Shown: piece after piece, positions 1-14,211 of the stretch
How positions within the stretch are numbered: position 1 is the stretch's first letter
How the letters are laid out: every line of letters begins with the position of its first letter
The notes under the pieces: generated by a model
The model's database searches: none
Told to the model about the DNA's origin: nothing
The model's input: only the letters and a program-made list of their open reading frames with translations
Program-made: the position numbers and the translations under genes
Origin: Spirochaetia bacterium
GTDB taxonomy: Bacteria > Spirochaetota > Spirochaetia > SZUA-6 > Bin103
Direction of reading: 5' to 3'
Assembly: GCA_965198005.1 (NCBI GenBank)
Contig: CBDAOI010000004.1
Coordinates: 2,176,001 to 2,240,000 of the forward strand
Length of the DNA: 64,000 nt

Positions 1-912
1 GGTGTCGGCGGGACCGAGCCGGGTGCCGACCGCAAGCACCAGATCCGCGTTGCCGATCACGGTGTTCGCCGCCGTCTGCCCGAAGTTGCCGAACACGCCC
101 AGCGCCAGCGGATGGGTCTCGGGAAACACCCCCTTGCCGGAAGCGGTGGTGGCCACCGGCGCGGCGAGCAGCTCCGCCAGGGCGGCGAGCTCGGCATACG
201 CCTGACTGACACGCACGCCGTTGCCGGCGATCACGACCGGCCGCTGGGCGGCCGCCAGCAAGGACGCCGCCGCCTCGACCTGTCCCGGGTCGGCCTGGGT
301 CTTCGCCGGCAGATAGGCGGCGGTCGGATAGAGCGCCGGCCGACTGTCCGGGCCGACCGTGCCGCCCAGGGCCGCGCTGTGATAGATCACCCCGACCGGG
401 CCGCGTTCCCCGCTCAGCGCGTGCTTGATGGCGAGCTGGGTGACGTGCACCGCCTCGACCGGGGTATAGGCGACGGCAGTGTGCTTGGTGACGCCGTCCA
501 GCGCCTTTCTGGTGTCGAACGAGCCGTAATCGCCGGTGCCGCCCTGGTAGGGAGAGTGCTGCGTGAACGGCGCCTGATCGGAGAGATCCGTCAGCAGCAG
601 CATGGGTGAGCTGCCCATGTGCGCCTCCAGGGTGCCCAGCAGAGCGTTGGCCAGAATGAAGGCCCCCTGCCCTATCGCGACGCCCGGCTTGCCGGTCAGG
701 CGGCCGTACACCTCGGCCATGACGCTGGCCAGCTGCTCATGCCGCACCAGCACCGCACGAATCGACGACCGGTGATCGTACAGCGCATCATAGATGCTCC
801 CGGTGTTGCCCCCGATGATCCCGAATACCATATCGATGCCGGCGCCCTGCAGCGCGCGCACGATCCCCTCGACCGAACGAACCTCTTCCTGTAACAGCTT
901 CTGTGTTGCCAC
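1..912 (-). CDS. Thiamine pyrophosphate-binding enzyme (acetolactate synthase-like), runs off window edge
   Basis: Read manually from GTG at 912: MATQKLLQEEVRSVEGIVRALQGAGIDMVFGIIGGNTGSIYDALY...VLVRHEQLASVMAEVYGRLTGKPGV, the TPP-enzyme N-terminal RHE motif. Absent from the ORF track because it has no stop in the window. Confidence 0.85.
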   Translation of the reverse strand, partial: MATQKLLQEEVRSVEGIVRALQGAGIDMVFGIIGGNTGSIYDALYDHRSSIRAVLVRHEQLASVMAEVYGRLTGKPGVAIGQGAFILANALLGTLEAHMGSSPMLLLTDLSDQAPFTQHSPYQGGTGDYGSFDTRKALDGVTKHTAVAYTPVEAVHVTQLAIKHALSGERGPVGVIYHSAALGGTVGPDSRPALYPTAAYLPAKTQADPGQVEAAASLLAAAQRPVVIAGNGVRVSQAYAELAALAELLAAPVATTASGKGVFPETHPLALGVFGNFGQTAANTVIGNADLVLAVGTRLGPADT

Positions 913-1089
913 CCTACCCTTCCTGTTGCGAATTATTGCGTCACGCTATATCAAATTGTCGACTTGGTAAACCGGGTGGCTCCAGTATGGTTTACCTATC
1001 GATCCCGCAGCCGGCGATAGACTTCGAGACGCACTGCAACGCATAATGACAACCATGTCGTTCATGCTGCCCCCGCGTTCGTTGGCAAC

Positions 1090-4557
<3,468 letters not shown>

Positions 4558-4622
4558 GCCGCAAGCGACGTTCCGCCGCCCCCGCGGAAGAAAGGGGGAG
4601 CGGAGCCGTCGGAGAGGTGTAC

Positions 4623-4844
4623 GTGAGCGCAGAGCTGATCGGAATAATTGCCGCGCCGATCGTCCTCGGTACCGCCATGCTCGCGTCGATACGCAGCGTC
4701 CGCCACGACGTGCGCGGCGTCCGCGACGAGCTACGAGGCGAGATTCACGGCCTCCGCAACGAAATGAACTCCTTCCTATCCCATTTGCGTCGTTATTCTC
4801 CGCGCCAGATGGTCGAAGTCTTCATGGCACTTCTGTCGAATTGA
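4623..4844 (+). CDS. Small TM + coiled-coil protein, 3' end apparently overwritten by the adjacent insert
   Basis: GGAGAGG upstream of GTG. VSAELIGIIAAPIVLGTAMLA (TM) is followed by heptads SIRSVRHDVRGVRDELRGEIHGLRNEM; the last ~70 nt overlap the convergent gene. Confidence 0.5.
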   Translation: MSAELIGIIAAPIVLGTAMLASIRSVRHDVRGVRDELRGEIHGLRNEMNSFLSHLRRYSPRQMVEVFMALLSN

Positions 4845-5342
4845 GGCTACTCTCCGAGAGGCCTCCTCTCCCAACGGACCACGTCCACGGCCCGGATCAT
4901 TGGCCACACCCCGTTCTCGAGCAAGCACGGCAAAGTATCGCTCCTTCACGGATACTTCACTGCGGACGTCGGACCACCTCCAGTCGCTAGGGAGATCAAG
5001 ACCGGCGAGGACCCAGGTTTCCAACTCCTCCCACGCATTTTCGGCAAGGAACCGTCGGGGCAGGTTACCGAACTCTTTTTCGATTTGGTCGAGACGCCGG
5101 CGCCGCGAAGCAACACCGTCCCGGTCAACGCACAGGATGAACAGATCGGTCATCCCATCATACTGTTCGACGATTTCCGCCACCCGTTCTGACTTCAACG
5201 CCTCATCAACGCCTCCAAGCAACGGATCCGTGCACACCGTGACGGTCGCCCGCACACTCAGAGATCGGAACAACCGCTGGAAAAGAGGCCTGAGAATATA
5301 CTGATCATTCCGAAAGTCCTCAGGAATAATGAGGACGTTCAT
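4776..5342 (-). CDS. TOPRIM-like (DUF4276-like) partner of ABC ATPase
   Basis: MNVLIIPED (acidic residue after first strand), LCVDRDG (DxD), EELETWVLA; 4-nt overlap with the ATPase stop. Confidence 0.65.
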   Translation of the reverse strand: MNVLIIPEDFRNDQYILRPLFQRLFRSLSVRATVTVCTDPLLGGVDEALKSERVAEIVEQYDGMTDLFILCVDRDGVASRRRRLDQIEKEFGNLPRRFLAENAWEELETWVLAGLDLPSDWRWSDVRSEVSVKERYFAVLARERGVANDPGRGRGPLGEEASRRVASIRQKCHEDFDHLARRITTQMG

Positions 5343-6613
5343 CTAGAGTTTTCTCCATCCTTGCTCAGGTCGAACAGGACCGCGTTCTCCATCCAGCCGG
5401 ACCGGTGGAGCCGTCCCAGTCCCTGCGACCGGCGTAACTTGACGGCGTTGGGTAACTTCGAGACCGGAAGTACCACGGCATCGTCGGTATCCGGACGCCG
5501 GCACACAACGGACGTGTTCTCGAACGTGTCGGTGCCCACCAGTTCGATCAGGTCGGGTGAATGGGTAGTGGTAACCACCTGGTACTCGCCGTTTGAAGTC
5601 TGGCCTTCGATCAGGTCGATCAGTAACTGCTGACGTGACGGATGAATCCCGTTATCGATCTCTTCGAACACGTAGAGGCCGGCCGGATTGGTCCCGAGCA
5701 GGGCCGCCAGCATCGCGAGAAAGCGCAGCGTCCCATCCGATGCGGAATAGGCGGACACCCTGTTGCCGTTCCGTTCGCAAAAGACGAGCTGGACGTGCCC
5801 GGTAGTCGGATCGGTCGGAAACTCGAAGTCGTGCACGTCCATCGGCGTCAGGGCTCGGGTCCATTCCGCCAGTGTGATCTTGCGCCGTTCGTCCGTGCAA
5901 ATCTCTTTCAGTACGGTAGACAGATTCCCACCGCTATCGCCCAGTACGGTCTGGCCTGGAAACGCGGGTTGCCTCATACTGTTTGGCGACAAATCCAAGA
6001 AACGCATGTCGGCAAGGATCTTCATGACCCGCTCCGCCCATATCTTATGGAGCCTTACAACACGTTTGTGTTCTCCAATCTGTGCCAGCGCCGGCTGGTC
6101 CGACCGCACCGCGATTCGGTGGCCGTATTTTTTCTGCTCTCCGGTCTTTGCCATGCGAAGCAGGAGATGGTTTTCGTGATCCTGATCGTGAACCGGATCG
6201 TACTTTCCGGGATGGCTCGTGTAAATCGGAGATCCGGCTAATTTCAGTTGTTCCGCGATTACCTTGAATGATCCGGATTCTGCTCTGTCCATCCGAACCA
6301 CGATCACGTAGGTCACCGTACTGCCATTCAGGGCAAGTCTCAACGACAGAGTGAATTGGGAGTGGCCGAAGCGCACCAGTTCCCTGGCCGTGCCTCGAAT
6401 CTGCTCCCACTCAACGTGACCGCCGGCCCCGTACTTACCGCCAATGATGTCGGCCAGAGTGTACCCTCGCCCAATGCCGTGCAGGAATCTGAACGCGTCA
6501 CGGAGGTTGCTCTTGCCGCTCGCGTTGGCGCCCACGATCACGGTGAACGGGCCCATGCGTACCGTTGCGTCGGGAAAGTTTTTGAAGTTGATCAGACGAA
6601 GCGCAGTGATCAT
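5339..6613 (-). CDS. ABC-type (AAA_21/COG4637-like) ATPase
   Basis: MITALRLINFKNF, Walker A GANASGKS, signature ASDGTLR, Walker B VFEEIDNGIHP, H-loop TTHS; TATAAT at 6663-6668 on the minus strand upstream. Confidence 0.88.
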   Translation of the reverse strand: MITALRLINFKNFPDATVRMGPFTVIVGANASGKSNLRDAFRFLHGIGRGYTLADIIGGKYGAGGHVEWEQIRGTARELVRFGHSQFTLSLRLALNGSTVTYVIVVRMDRAESGSFKVIAEQLKLAGSPIYTSHPGKYDPVHDQDHENHLLLRMAKTGEQKKYGHRIAVRSDQPALAQIGEHKRVVRLHKIWAERVMKILADMRFLDLSPNSMRQPAFPGQTVLGDSGGNLSTVLKEICTDERRKITLAEWTRALTPMDVHDFEFPTDPTTGHVQLVFCERNGNRVSAYSASDGTLRFLAMLAALLGTNPAGLYVFEEIDNGIHPSRQQLLIDLIEGQTSNGEYQVVTTTHSPDLIELVGTDTFENTSVVCRRPDTDDAVVLPVSKLPNAVKLRRSQGLGRLHRSGWMENAVLFDLSKDGENSR

Positions 6614-6719
6614 GGGCGTCGGTGCGGGTGCGTCGGCGGCATACCGGAAGTCATGGCGCAGATTATACCGTAAGGCCAACCAACTAGTCTGGCAACGGCA
6701 CCGTCGAGGTGGACGGGCG

Positions 6720-8375
6720 TCAGCCTTCGGCTTTCCCCAGCAGCTTCGCCTCTTCCTTCTTGATCTCGTCCATCAGCACGACCAGGTCGAGGACGTCATG
6801 GCTCGCTACGGTACCCAGGAACGCACCCGATTTCCGGTCGGTGACCGGGATCACGCCCAGCGAGTTGGCCGCCATCCGTTCCAGCACGTCGACGATATAC
6901 TCGTCCGGCCAGGCCCACGGCAGGTTCAGCCGGAGCGCGTCGCGCAACGGCGTGGCCGCCCATGAATCGTGGGGAATGGCGCGCAGCCGGGCCAGGGATA
7001 CGACTCCCGCCACCTCGCCCTCGCTGACCACCACGTAGTCCTGCTGATCGGGCATCAGCCAGTCGTCCATGAAGCCCTGCACCGACAGGGACGCCTCCGG
7101 ATAGGGCCGCGTCCGGTCCAGCACGCTGCTGACCTTGACGCCGTCGAGGGCGTAGCGGGCGTAGGACGGCGTGACCACCGGCGCCGGCACGGCTCGATCC
7201 GCCGTCCTGGCGCGCTTGACCGTGAAGTCGATCACAGGCGGCATCAACAGGATGTAGCCGAACATGATCAGCACGAACAGAGAGAACACGTCCTGCGCAA
7301 TCACGCCGCTCTCGAGCAGGACCAGCAGCAAGGCGATCTCGGCCACGCCCTTCGACATCAGCCCCGTTGCCAGCGTGAACGGCGCGTCCAGACGGGTCAG
7401 GTAGGTGCTCAGGAATGCGCCGACGAACTTTCCCGCCAGGGGGATCAGCACCAGCGCGACAATCGTCGCGGCCGGAATGGAGGTGAACGACAGATCGAAC
7501 TGCAGGCCCGCCGAGGCGAAGAACAGTGGCACGAACAGGCCCTCGGACGCGCTGCGCATGCCCGGGATGATGTCCCGCCGCACCCGCTGCGGCATGCCCG
7601 ACAGGGCGATACCGAACAGCAGGGCGCCGATCGTGCCGTGCAGGCCGATCTTTTCGGCCCCTACCACCACCAGAAACAGGCCGCCGATCAGCAGCCCGAA
7701 CGAGAGTTCCGGCACGTTCAGCAGGCGCTGCAGGAACAGGATCACCGGCGGCAGCACCCGCGTCGACAGAATCCACATCACGATCACGAAGCCCGCGATC
7801 TGCAGCAACAGCACCGGCACGCCGATCAGGCTGAAGTCGTGATGCTCGCCGATGGTGAACCCCACCACCAGCAGCGCGGTCACCTCCGCAATGATCACGA
7901 CCGTGAAGATCTTGAGCCCGATCGGCTCCTTGAGATGGCCGCCGTCGGCCAGCACCTTGGCCACCAGACCGAGGCTGGACAGCGACAGGATGCCCGCCAG
8001 CGCCAACGCCTCCGTGAAGCCGAGGCCGAGCGCGAACTCAAGGCCCAGGGGATCCGAAGTCACGATCATGGCGGTCAGCAGCGAGATGACCACCGACACG
8101 ACGGCGGCCACGAAGTAGCGGCCGCGGATGGTGGCCATGAAGCCCGGCAGGTCGATCTCGTCAAGACCGATCAGAAAGAACAGCACGAAGATGCCGATGC
8201 CGAGAAACAACTGGATCTCGGTAGTCGGCTCGACGATGCCGAGGACCGGGCCGAGCACGACTCCGGTCACCGTATAGGCCAGGATCGAGCTGAGACCGAA
8301 CCGGCTCAGCACTCCCTCGACCAGCTTGGCGACGACTATCAGCAGGCCGAGCGGAAGCAGGACTTCCAGTAACAT
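6720..8375 (-). CDS. Cation:proton antiporter (CPA2) with C-terminal CBS domains
   Basis: About 12 hydrophobic segments, GLFVPLFFASAGLQFD, MSKGVAEI, CBS-like C-terminus. Confidence 0.88.
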   Translation of the reverse strand: MLLEVLLPLGLLIVVAKLVEGVLSRFGLSSILAYTVTGVVLGPVLGIVEPTTEIQLFLGIGIFVLFFLIGLDEIDLPGFMATIRGRYFVAAVVSVVISLLTAMIVTSDPLGLEFALGLGFTEALALAGILSLSSLGLVAKVLADGGHLKEPIGLKIFTVVIIAEVTALLVVGFTIGEHHDFSLIGVPVLLLQIAGFVIVMWILSTRVLPPVILFLQRLLNVPELSFGLLIGGLFLVVVGAEKIGLHGTIGALLFGIALSGMPQRVRRDIIPGMRSASEGLFVPLFFASAGLQFDLSFTSIPAATIVALVLIPLAGKFVGAFLSTYLTRLDAPFTLATGLMSKGVAEIALLLVLLESGVIAQDVFSLFVLIMFGYILLMPPVIDFTVKRARTADRAVPAPVVTPSYARYALDGVKVSSVLDRTRPYPEASLSVQGFMDDWLMPDQQDYVVVSEGEVAGVVSLARLRAIPHDSWAATPLRDALRLNLPWAWPDEYIVDVLERMAANSLGVIPVTDRKSGAFLGTVASHDVLDLVVLMDEIKKEEAKLLGKAEG

Positions 8376-8409
8376 CGCGCCTTCACCATAGGATAAAGTG
8401 GACGGCGGG

Positions 8410-9321
8410 TCATGCAAAAGGACCCGGCGGCTCGAAGTCGGGCGGGAGCGGTGCCTCGAAGGTGGATGCGGTTGCCGCTGCGGGCAGCGTGACCGTCAGA
8501 CGGCGGGCGTGCAGCAGCAGGCGCGGCGCCGTGCCGCGGGCGCGTCCCGCGTACAGCGGGTCGCCCAGGATCGGGTGGCCGAGCCAGCGCACGTGCACCC
8601 GGAGCTGGTGGGTGCGCCCGGTGACCGGGCGCAACGCGACCAGCGCCGCATCCGCCCGCCGCGCCAGCACGCGGTAGCGGGTAACGGCCGCCTTGCCCCG
8701 CGAGTCGGACACCCGGAAGCGCAGCGGATCACGCGGGTCGCGCTGCAGCCGGGTCGCAATCCGGCCGGTCGCCGGCAGCGGGTGGCCGGCGACCCACGCA
8801 TGGTAGATCTTCCGTACCCGCCGCGCGCTGAACTGGGCTGCCAGGCACGCATGGGCGGCCGCGTGCCGGGCCACGATGATCACGCCGGAGGTGTCCTTGT
8901 CCAGTCGATGCACGATCCCGGGGCGCAGCGAGTCGGGAAACCGGTCGGCCAGCTCCGGATACCGATACAGCAGGGCATTGACCAGAGTACCGCCGCGATT
9001 GCCGTCGCCCGGATGCACGACCATGCCGCTCGGCTTGTCCACGACCACGACGTTGCGGTCTTCGAACAGGATTCGCAGCGGGATCGGCGCCGGCTCGGCG
9101 TGACGCGGGCGCGGCGGCGTCAGCACCGCCTCCACCCGATCTCCGTTGCCCAACCGAGCACTCGGTTTTGCAGCGTGCCCGTTCACCCGCAAACCCGCGA
9201 GCCGCTGCCTCAGTTGACTGCGTGAAGCGATGTTCACCCGGTCACTCAGAAACCGGTCGGCGCGCAGTCCCGCACCGCCTTCATCCACGACCAACGAAAT
9301 CTCGACCGGGGCGGAGTCCAT
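8410..9321 (-). CDS. rluD: RluA/RluD family pseudouridine synthase
   Basis: S4-like N-terminus, [10 protein letters not shown], catalytic [29 protein letters not shown]. Confidence 0.88.
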   Translation of the reverse strand: MDSAPVEISLVVDEGGAGLRADRFLSDRVNIASRSQLRQRLAGLRVNGHAAKPSARLGNGDRVEAVLTPPRPRHAEPAPIPLRILFEDRNVVVVDKPSGMVVHPGDGNRGGTLVNALLYRYPELADRFPDSLRPGIVHRLDKDTSGVIIVARHAAAHACLAAQFSARRVRKIYHAWVAGHPLPATGRIATRLQRDPRDPLRFRVSDSRGKAAVTRYRVLARRADAALVALRPVTGRTHQLRVHVRWLGHPILGDPLYAGRARGTAPRLLLHARRLTVTLPAAATASTFEAPLPPDFEPPGPFA

Positions 9322-9327
9322 GCCGGC

Positions 9328-9783
9328 TCAGGGGGAGCGGGCCGCAGACCGGTCGTGGGACCTGCGTTCCTCGGCCGCCAGAATCTGGTCCACGATAGCG
9401 ACGCCGAGCGCCACCCCGACGGCCGCCAATGCGATGCCCACCTTTTCCCCGGTGTCGTAGGGATCCACGTCCCAACGGCGCACCAGCGGCACCCGGTCCG
9501 GGTCGAACCCCTCGCCTGCCCAGACCACGTAGTCGTACACCATCGCCGTAAACAGCAGGGCGATCGGGAACACGCCTACGGATACGATCTCGGCCCGCCG
9601 CAGGTCGTGCAGGATGGGCGCGAATTCCGCCGGGTCGTACGGCTCAGGCTCGGGTGGCGACTGCTGGGCCGCCAGGTTCGGAGAAGCGCCGGCCAGCAGC
9701 GCGACCACGGCAATCACGCCCGCGCGCCGCCGGCACGGATCACGCATCCGGTGCACCCGCAGCCAGCGCCGGCGGCTGCTCAC
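9328..9783 (-). CDS. Conserved hypothetical membrane protein (signal peptide + 2 TM); start uncertain
   Basis: [25 protein letters not shown] motif resembles a family recalled from spirochaetes; operonic between yggS and rluD. Confidence 0.65.
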   Translation of the reverse strand: MSSRRRWLRVHRMRDPCRRRAGVIAVVALLAGASPNLAAQQSPPEPEPYDPAEFAPILHDLRRAEIVSVGVFPIALLFTAMVYDYVVWAGEGFDPDRVPLVRRWDVDPYDTGEKVGIALAAVGVALGVAIVDQILAAEERRSHDRSAARSP

Positions 9784-10498
9784 GCGGACCGAACAGCGCC
9801 GTGCCGAGCCGGATCAGGGTCGCTCCCTCCTCAATCGCCAACTCGTAGTCCGCGGACATGCCCATCGACAGCGTGTCGAAGCCGTCGCGTCCGGGCGCCA
9901 GCCGCTCGAACAGCCGGCGCAGTCGCTGGAAGCACCGGCGTACGGCGCGTGCGTCGTTGCTCCACACCGCCATGGTCATCAAACCGCGCACGCGAATCCG
10001 ATCCAACTGCGCGATCGCGTCCATCGCCCGCTGCAATTCGGTCTCACTCGCAAACCCATGTTTCGCCGTCTCCCCGGAGGTGTTCAGTTCCAGCAGCAGG
10101 TCCATGCCGCGCCCGCCGGGCTCGTCGGGGTCGCTCGCATCTCGGTGGCGGAGCACCCGGTGCAGCGCCACGGCCGTCTCCACCTTGTCGATCGACTGTA
10201 CCGTATGAAACAGCTCCGCCGCGCGCCGTGCCTTGTTGCGCTGCAGATGGCCGATCAGGTGGAGTTCGGCACCGGGCGGCACGGGGAACAACTTGGCGTC
10301 CGCTTCCTGTACCCGGTTCTCGCCGATCAGGCGCAGGCCGGCCTCAAGCGCGTCCTCCACCCGCGCGCGCGGCTGGGTCTTGGTCACCGCGAGAATGCGT
10401 ATCTCAGCCGGATCCCGCCCGGCGCGCGCGGCCGCCGCGGCCACCCGCTCGCCGGTCAGCGCGAGCCGCTCTCGAAGCTGCTGCGACGCTCGTTCCAT
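9740..10498 (-). CDS. yggS: YggS/PLPBP PLP homeostasis protein
   Basis: [46 protein letters not shown]. Confidence 0.92.
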   Translation of the reverse strand: MERASQQLRERLALTGERVAAAAARAGRDPAEIRILAVTKTQPRARVEDALEAGLRLIGENRVQEADAKLFPVPPGAELHLIGHLQRNKARRAAELFHTVQSIDKVETAVALHRVLRHRDASDPDEPGGRGMDLLLELNTSGETAKHGFASETELQRAMDAIAQLDRIRVRGLMTMAVWSNDARAVRRCFQRLRRLFERLAPGRDGFDTLSMGMSADYELAIEEGATLIRLGTALFGPREQPPALAAGAPDA

Positions 10499-10617
10499 CG
10501 TTTCCGTCGGCACCCAGCTTCCACGGTAGCGCATTCGACCGGTTCTGGCGAGGCCGGTGCGGCTGCCGCCCGCGGGCGCGTTGCCAGCTCCCCAGTCCGC
10601 GCCATATATTGTCCGCG

Positions 10618-11514
10618 ATGGTGAACGGCGACAAGAAAACCGGTACCTGGACGGTGAAGGCCGGACTGGCCCAGATGCTCAAGGGCGGCGTGATCATGGA
10701 CGTGGTGACCGCCGATCATGCGCGGATCGCCGAGGACGCGGGCGCCTGCGCGGTAATGGCGCTCGAGCGCGTACCGGCCGAAATCCGGGCGGCCGGCGGG
10801 GTGGCGCGCATGGCGGACCCCACCAAGATCGCCGAGATCCAGGACGCCGTCACGATCCCGGTCATGGCCAAGTGCCGGATCGGTCACTTCGTCGAGGCCC
10901 AGGTGCTGCAGGCGCTCGGCGTCGACTACATCGATGAATCGGAGGTGTTGACGCCGGCGGACGAGGCCCACCACGTGTGGAAACACGAGTTCTCGGTGCC
11001 GTTCGTGTGCGGTTGCCGAGATCTGGGGGAAGCCCTGCGCCGCATCGCCGAGGGAGCGGCGATGATCCGCACCAAGGGCGAAGCGGGAACCGGCAACGTG
11101 GTCGAAGCGGTCCGCCATGCGCGCGCGGTTCTGAGCGAGATGCGCCGCATCAAGACGTTGGGTGAGGATCAGTTGATGGCGGCCGCCAAGCAGCTCGACG
11201 CCCCGCTGGAGTTGATCCGCGGCGTCCATCGCGACGGCCGGCTGCCGGTCGTGAACTTCGCCGCGGGCGGCATCGCCACGCCGGCCGACGCCGCGCTCTT
11301 GATGCAGCTCGGAGTGGACGGCGTGTTCGTGGGCTCCGGCATCTTCAAGTCCGAGAACCCCGCGCGGATGGCGGATGCGATCGTGCGCGCCACCACCCAT
11401 TACCAGCAGCCGGAGATAGTGGCGGAGGTGTCGCGCGGCCTCGGGGCCGCGATGCCGGGGATCGACCTCAACGAGCTGCCCGCGGCCGAGCACCTGGCCA
11501 TACGCGGCTGGTAG
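10618..11514 (+). CDS. pdxS: PLP synthase lyase subunit
   Basis: [59 protein letters not shown]. Confidence 0.97.
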   Translation: MVNGDKKTGTWTVKAGLAQMLKGGVIMDVVTADHARIAEDAGACAVMALERVPAEIRAAGGVARMADPTKIAEIQDAVTIPVMAKCRIGHFVEAQVLQALGVDYIDESEVLTPADEAHHVWKHEFSVPFVCGCRDLGEALRRIAEGAAMIRTKGEAGTGNVVEAVRHARAVLSEMRRIKTLGEDQLMAAAKQLDAPLELIRGVHRDGRLPVVNFAAGGIATPADAALLMQLGVDGVFVGSGIFKSENPARMADAIVRATTHYQQPEIVAEVSRGLGAAMPGIDLNELPAAEHLAIRGW

Positions 11515-11555
11515 CGCAACCACCGGCGCGCCCAACCGCGGCTGACGTTCGTCCG

Positions 11556-12155
11556 ATGTTGATCGGCGTCCTGGCGCTACAAGGCGACGTGGCCGAGCAC
11601 TGCGCCGCGCTGGCCGAGCTTGAGGTGCAGTCGTGCCCGGTGCGGCTGCCGGAGGAGCTGGAGCCGATCGACGCCCTGATCATCCCGGGCGGCGAGAGCA
11701 CCACCATGGCGCGCTTGCTGGACCTGTACCGGTTACGAGCGCCGCTGCAGGCGCGCATCGCCGGCGGCATGCCTACCTGGGGAACCTGCGCCGGCATGGT
11801 GCTGCTGGCGCGCCGGCTCACCGACGCCCGGCCCGAACCGCTCGGAACAATCGACATGGTGGTCAGTCGCAACGCGTTCGGCCGACAGATCGACAGCTTC
11901 GAGAGTGAACTGGCGGTAGCGGAGATCGGCCCGGGGCCGCTGCACGCCGTGTTCATCCGGGCGCCGGTGGTGCATGCGGTGGGGCCGGAGGTCGCAGTGC
12001 TGGCCCGGCTCGCGGACGGCCGTGCGGTGGCGGTCCGGCAGGGTCCTCACCTGGCCACCGCGTTCCATCCCGAGCTGACCGCCGATCGCCGTCTCCATCA
12101 CTACTTCCTGCGGATGGTGCGACCTGCGCGCGCCGCCGGGAGGCGTCTTTTATAA
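11556..12155 (+). CDS. pdxT: PLP synthase glutaminase subunit
   Basis: GVLALQG, PGGESTT, GTCAG, RNAFGRQIDSFE, FHPE. Confidence 0.96.
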   Translation: MLIGVLALQGDVAEHCAALAELEVQSCPVRLPEELEPIDALIIPGGESTTMARLLDLYRLRAPLQARIAGGMPTWGTCAGMVLLARRLTDARPEPLGTIDMVVSRNAFGRQIDSFESELAVAEIGPGPLHAVFIRAPVVHAVGPEVAVLARLADGRAVAVRQGPHLATAFHPELTADRRLHHYFLRMVRPARAAGRRLL

Positions 12156-13192
12156 TGTCGCTTGAAGTCGCCATCGCGGTGGGCTTCGTAGCGCTGGTGG
12201 CGATCGAAACCGCCATCAGTTGGCGTCACGATCTCGGCTCCTACGAGTTCCGGGACACCACGGCCAACTTCCTCCTGGCGCTCGCCGACCTGCTCATGGC
12301 GGCCGCCATGAAGGGGTTGTTTCTGCTGCTGTTCGCGCTCCTGCACCGGTGGGCCCCGCTGGACTTCGGCCACGCGTGGTACGGGTGGGTGCTGCTGATC
12401 GTGGTGAACGACTTCATCTACTACGCGTTCCACCGCCTGGCGCATCGCAGCCGCTTCATGTGGGCGTTCCACGTCACCCACCATTCGTCGCGGAAATACA
12501 ATTTCTCGGTTGCGATCCGCCTCAACCTGTTCATCTTACCGCTCCACTTCCTGTTCATGCTGCCGCTGGCGCTCGTGGGGTTCCGGCCCGAGGCGATCCT
12601 GGTGGTCAACTCGATTGCCACGCTGTATCAGCTTTGGGTGCACACCGAGCTGGTCGGGAAGCTGGGCGTGCTCGACAAGGTCTTCAACACACCGTCCAAT
12701 CATCGCGTCCACCACGGCTCCAACTCCTGCTACCTGGACCGCAACTACGGGGCCATGTTCATCTTCTGGGACCGCCTGTTCGGCACCTACCAGCCGGAGG
12801 CGGAACGACCGGTCTACGGCCTCACGAATAACGTCGACACCTACAACCCGGTGACCCTCACGCTGCATGAGGTGCGGGCGATGATGCGCGACGTGGCCCG
12901 CCCCGGGCCATTGCGGCAGCGCCTGACGTACCTGTTCGGGCCGCCGGGATGGAAGCCGAAGCAGGCCGCGTCGCAGGCCGCGGCCCGCCGGTTCGGCACG
13001 CGTGCCGCCGGCGGCTCGAGGCGGCGTCCGGGAGCGGCCAGGCCGCCGCTGACCGGCCGCAGGCCGCTGCGACAGCGTCTGATCTACCGTCTCGCGGCTG
13101 CCGGCGGCGCACGCCCGGAGCGGACGCTGCAGTGGCTCCGCCTGCGCACTCGGCGGCTCCCGGACCCGGGCCGCCAGCACCACCGCGATTGA
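12155..13192 (+). CDS. Sterol desaturase/fatty-acid hydroxylase family membrane di-iron enzyme
   Basis: His boxes HRLAH, HVTHH, WVH, HRVHH; NYG...WDRLFGT. Confidence 0.88.
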   Translation: MSLEVAIAVGFVALVAIETAISWRHDLGSYEFRDTTANFLLALADLLMAAAMKGLFLLLFALLHRWAPLDFGHAWYGWVLLIVVNDFIYYAFHRLAHRSRFMWAFHVTHHSSRKYNFSVAIRLNLFILPLHFLFMLPLALVGFRPEAILVVNSIATLYQLWVHTELVGKLGVLDKVFNTPSNHRVHHGSNSCYLDRNYGAMFIFWDRLFGTYQPEAERPVYGLTNNVDTYNPVTLTLHEVRAMMRDVARPGPLRQRLTYLFGPPGWKPKQAASQAAARRFGTRAAGGSRRRPGAARPPLTGRRPLRQRLIYRLAAAGGARPERTLQWLRLRTRRLPDPGRQHHRD

Positions 13193-13220
13193 ACGCCCCC
13201 GGCGCGGCGGGCTGACGCCG

Positions 13221-14198
13221 ATGGCGCGCACCATGCTGGTTACCGGGGCGACCGGCCAGATCGGGCGGGCGCTGGTGCGGGCCCTGCTGGACGGCGGCGC
13301 CCGGGTGCGCTGTCTGGTGCGGGACCCCGAGCGGGCACGCGCCCTGCTGGGCAACGAGGTCGAGCTGGCGCGCGCGGACTTGACGGTGCCCGACTCGCTA
13401 CCAGCCGCGGTGCGTGGCGTCGAGGCGGTCGCGCACCTGGCCGGCAAGGCCTCCTACTGGCCGGCGCTGGGCCCGGCGATGCGCGCGGTGCACGTGGCCG
13501 GCACCTCCCACCTGCTGGACGCCTGCGCCCGGAACGGAGTGCGCAGGCTGCTGTACACCAGCTCGATCGCCACCCTCGGCTGGGTGGCCGGCGACGGCGC
13601 CGGCGACGAGACCACGGCCTACAACTGGCACGGCCTGGGCATCGACTATTTCGACACCAAGTACGAAGCGGAGCGCCGGGTGCTGGCCGAAGCGAGAATG
13701 GAGACGGTGGTGGTGAATCCGGGGCTGGTGTTCGGCGCCGGCGACAGCGCGGTGAACGGCCTGCGGCTGCTGCGCGAGATCGCCGCCGGCGTGCCCGGCT
13801 ATCCTCCCGGCGCCACTACCGCGGCCGTGCTCGACGACGTGGTGGCGGGACACGTCGCGGCTCTGGAGCGCGGGCGCCCCGGCCAGCGTTACGTCCTGGG
13901 AGGGGCCCCGTTGTCGTTCGCGGAGCTGTTCGCGGCCATCGCCGCGGTGGTGGGCGTGGCGGCGCCACGCCGCCGGTTGGCGCCGGCAGCGCTGGCCGGC
14001 ATGGCGCTGGTGTCGACCGGTCTCGGCTACCTGAGGCGCCGCGAACCGCGCGTCACCTTCCCCACCTACCGCATCCTGACCCGCAACCGGCGGTACAGCT
14101 CCGCCAAGGCGGTCGCGGAGCTGGGGTATCCGATCTCGCCGCTGGCGGCGGGGCTGCGTCAGTGCTGGGAGTGGGACCGTTCAAGGTATACCCAGTGA
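13221..14198 (+). CDS. NAD-dependent epimerase/dehydratase (HpnA/3-beta-HSD-like extended SDR)
   Basis: VTGATGQIG, TSS, YFDTK (YxxxK), GRPGQRYVLGG. Confidence 0.88.
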   Translation: MARTMLVTGATGQIGRALVRALLDGGARVRCLVRDPERARALLGNEVELARADLTVPDSLPAAVRGVEAVAHLAGKASYWPALGPAMRAVHVAGTSHLLDACARNGVRRLLYTSSIATLGWVAGDGAGDETTAYNWHGLGIDYFDTKYEAERRVLAEARMETVVVNPGLVFGAGDSAVNGLRLLREIAAGVPGYPPGATTAAVLDDVVAGHVAALERGRPGQRYVLGGAPLSFAELFAAIAAVVGVAAPRRRLAPAALAGMALVSTGLGYLRRREPRVTFPTYRILTRNRRYSSAKAVAELGYPISPLAAGLRQCWEWDRSRYTQ

Positions 14199-14211
14199 GC
14201 GCTCGGTTTTA

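Noticed and set aside
9355-10617. Long N-terminal extension of PdxS (also the ChrA ORF extension to 43715)
   Set aside because: Overlaps real genes; the true starts are downstream.
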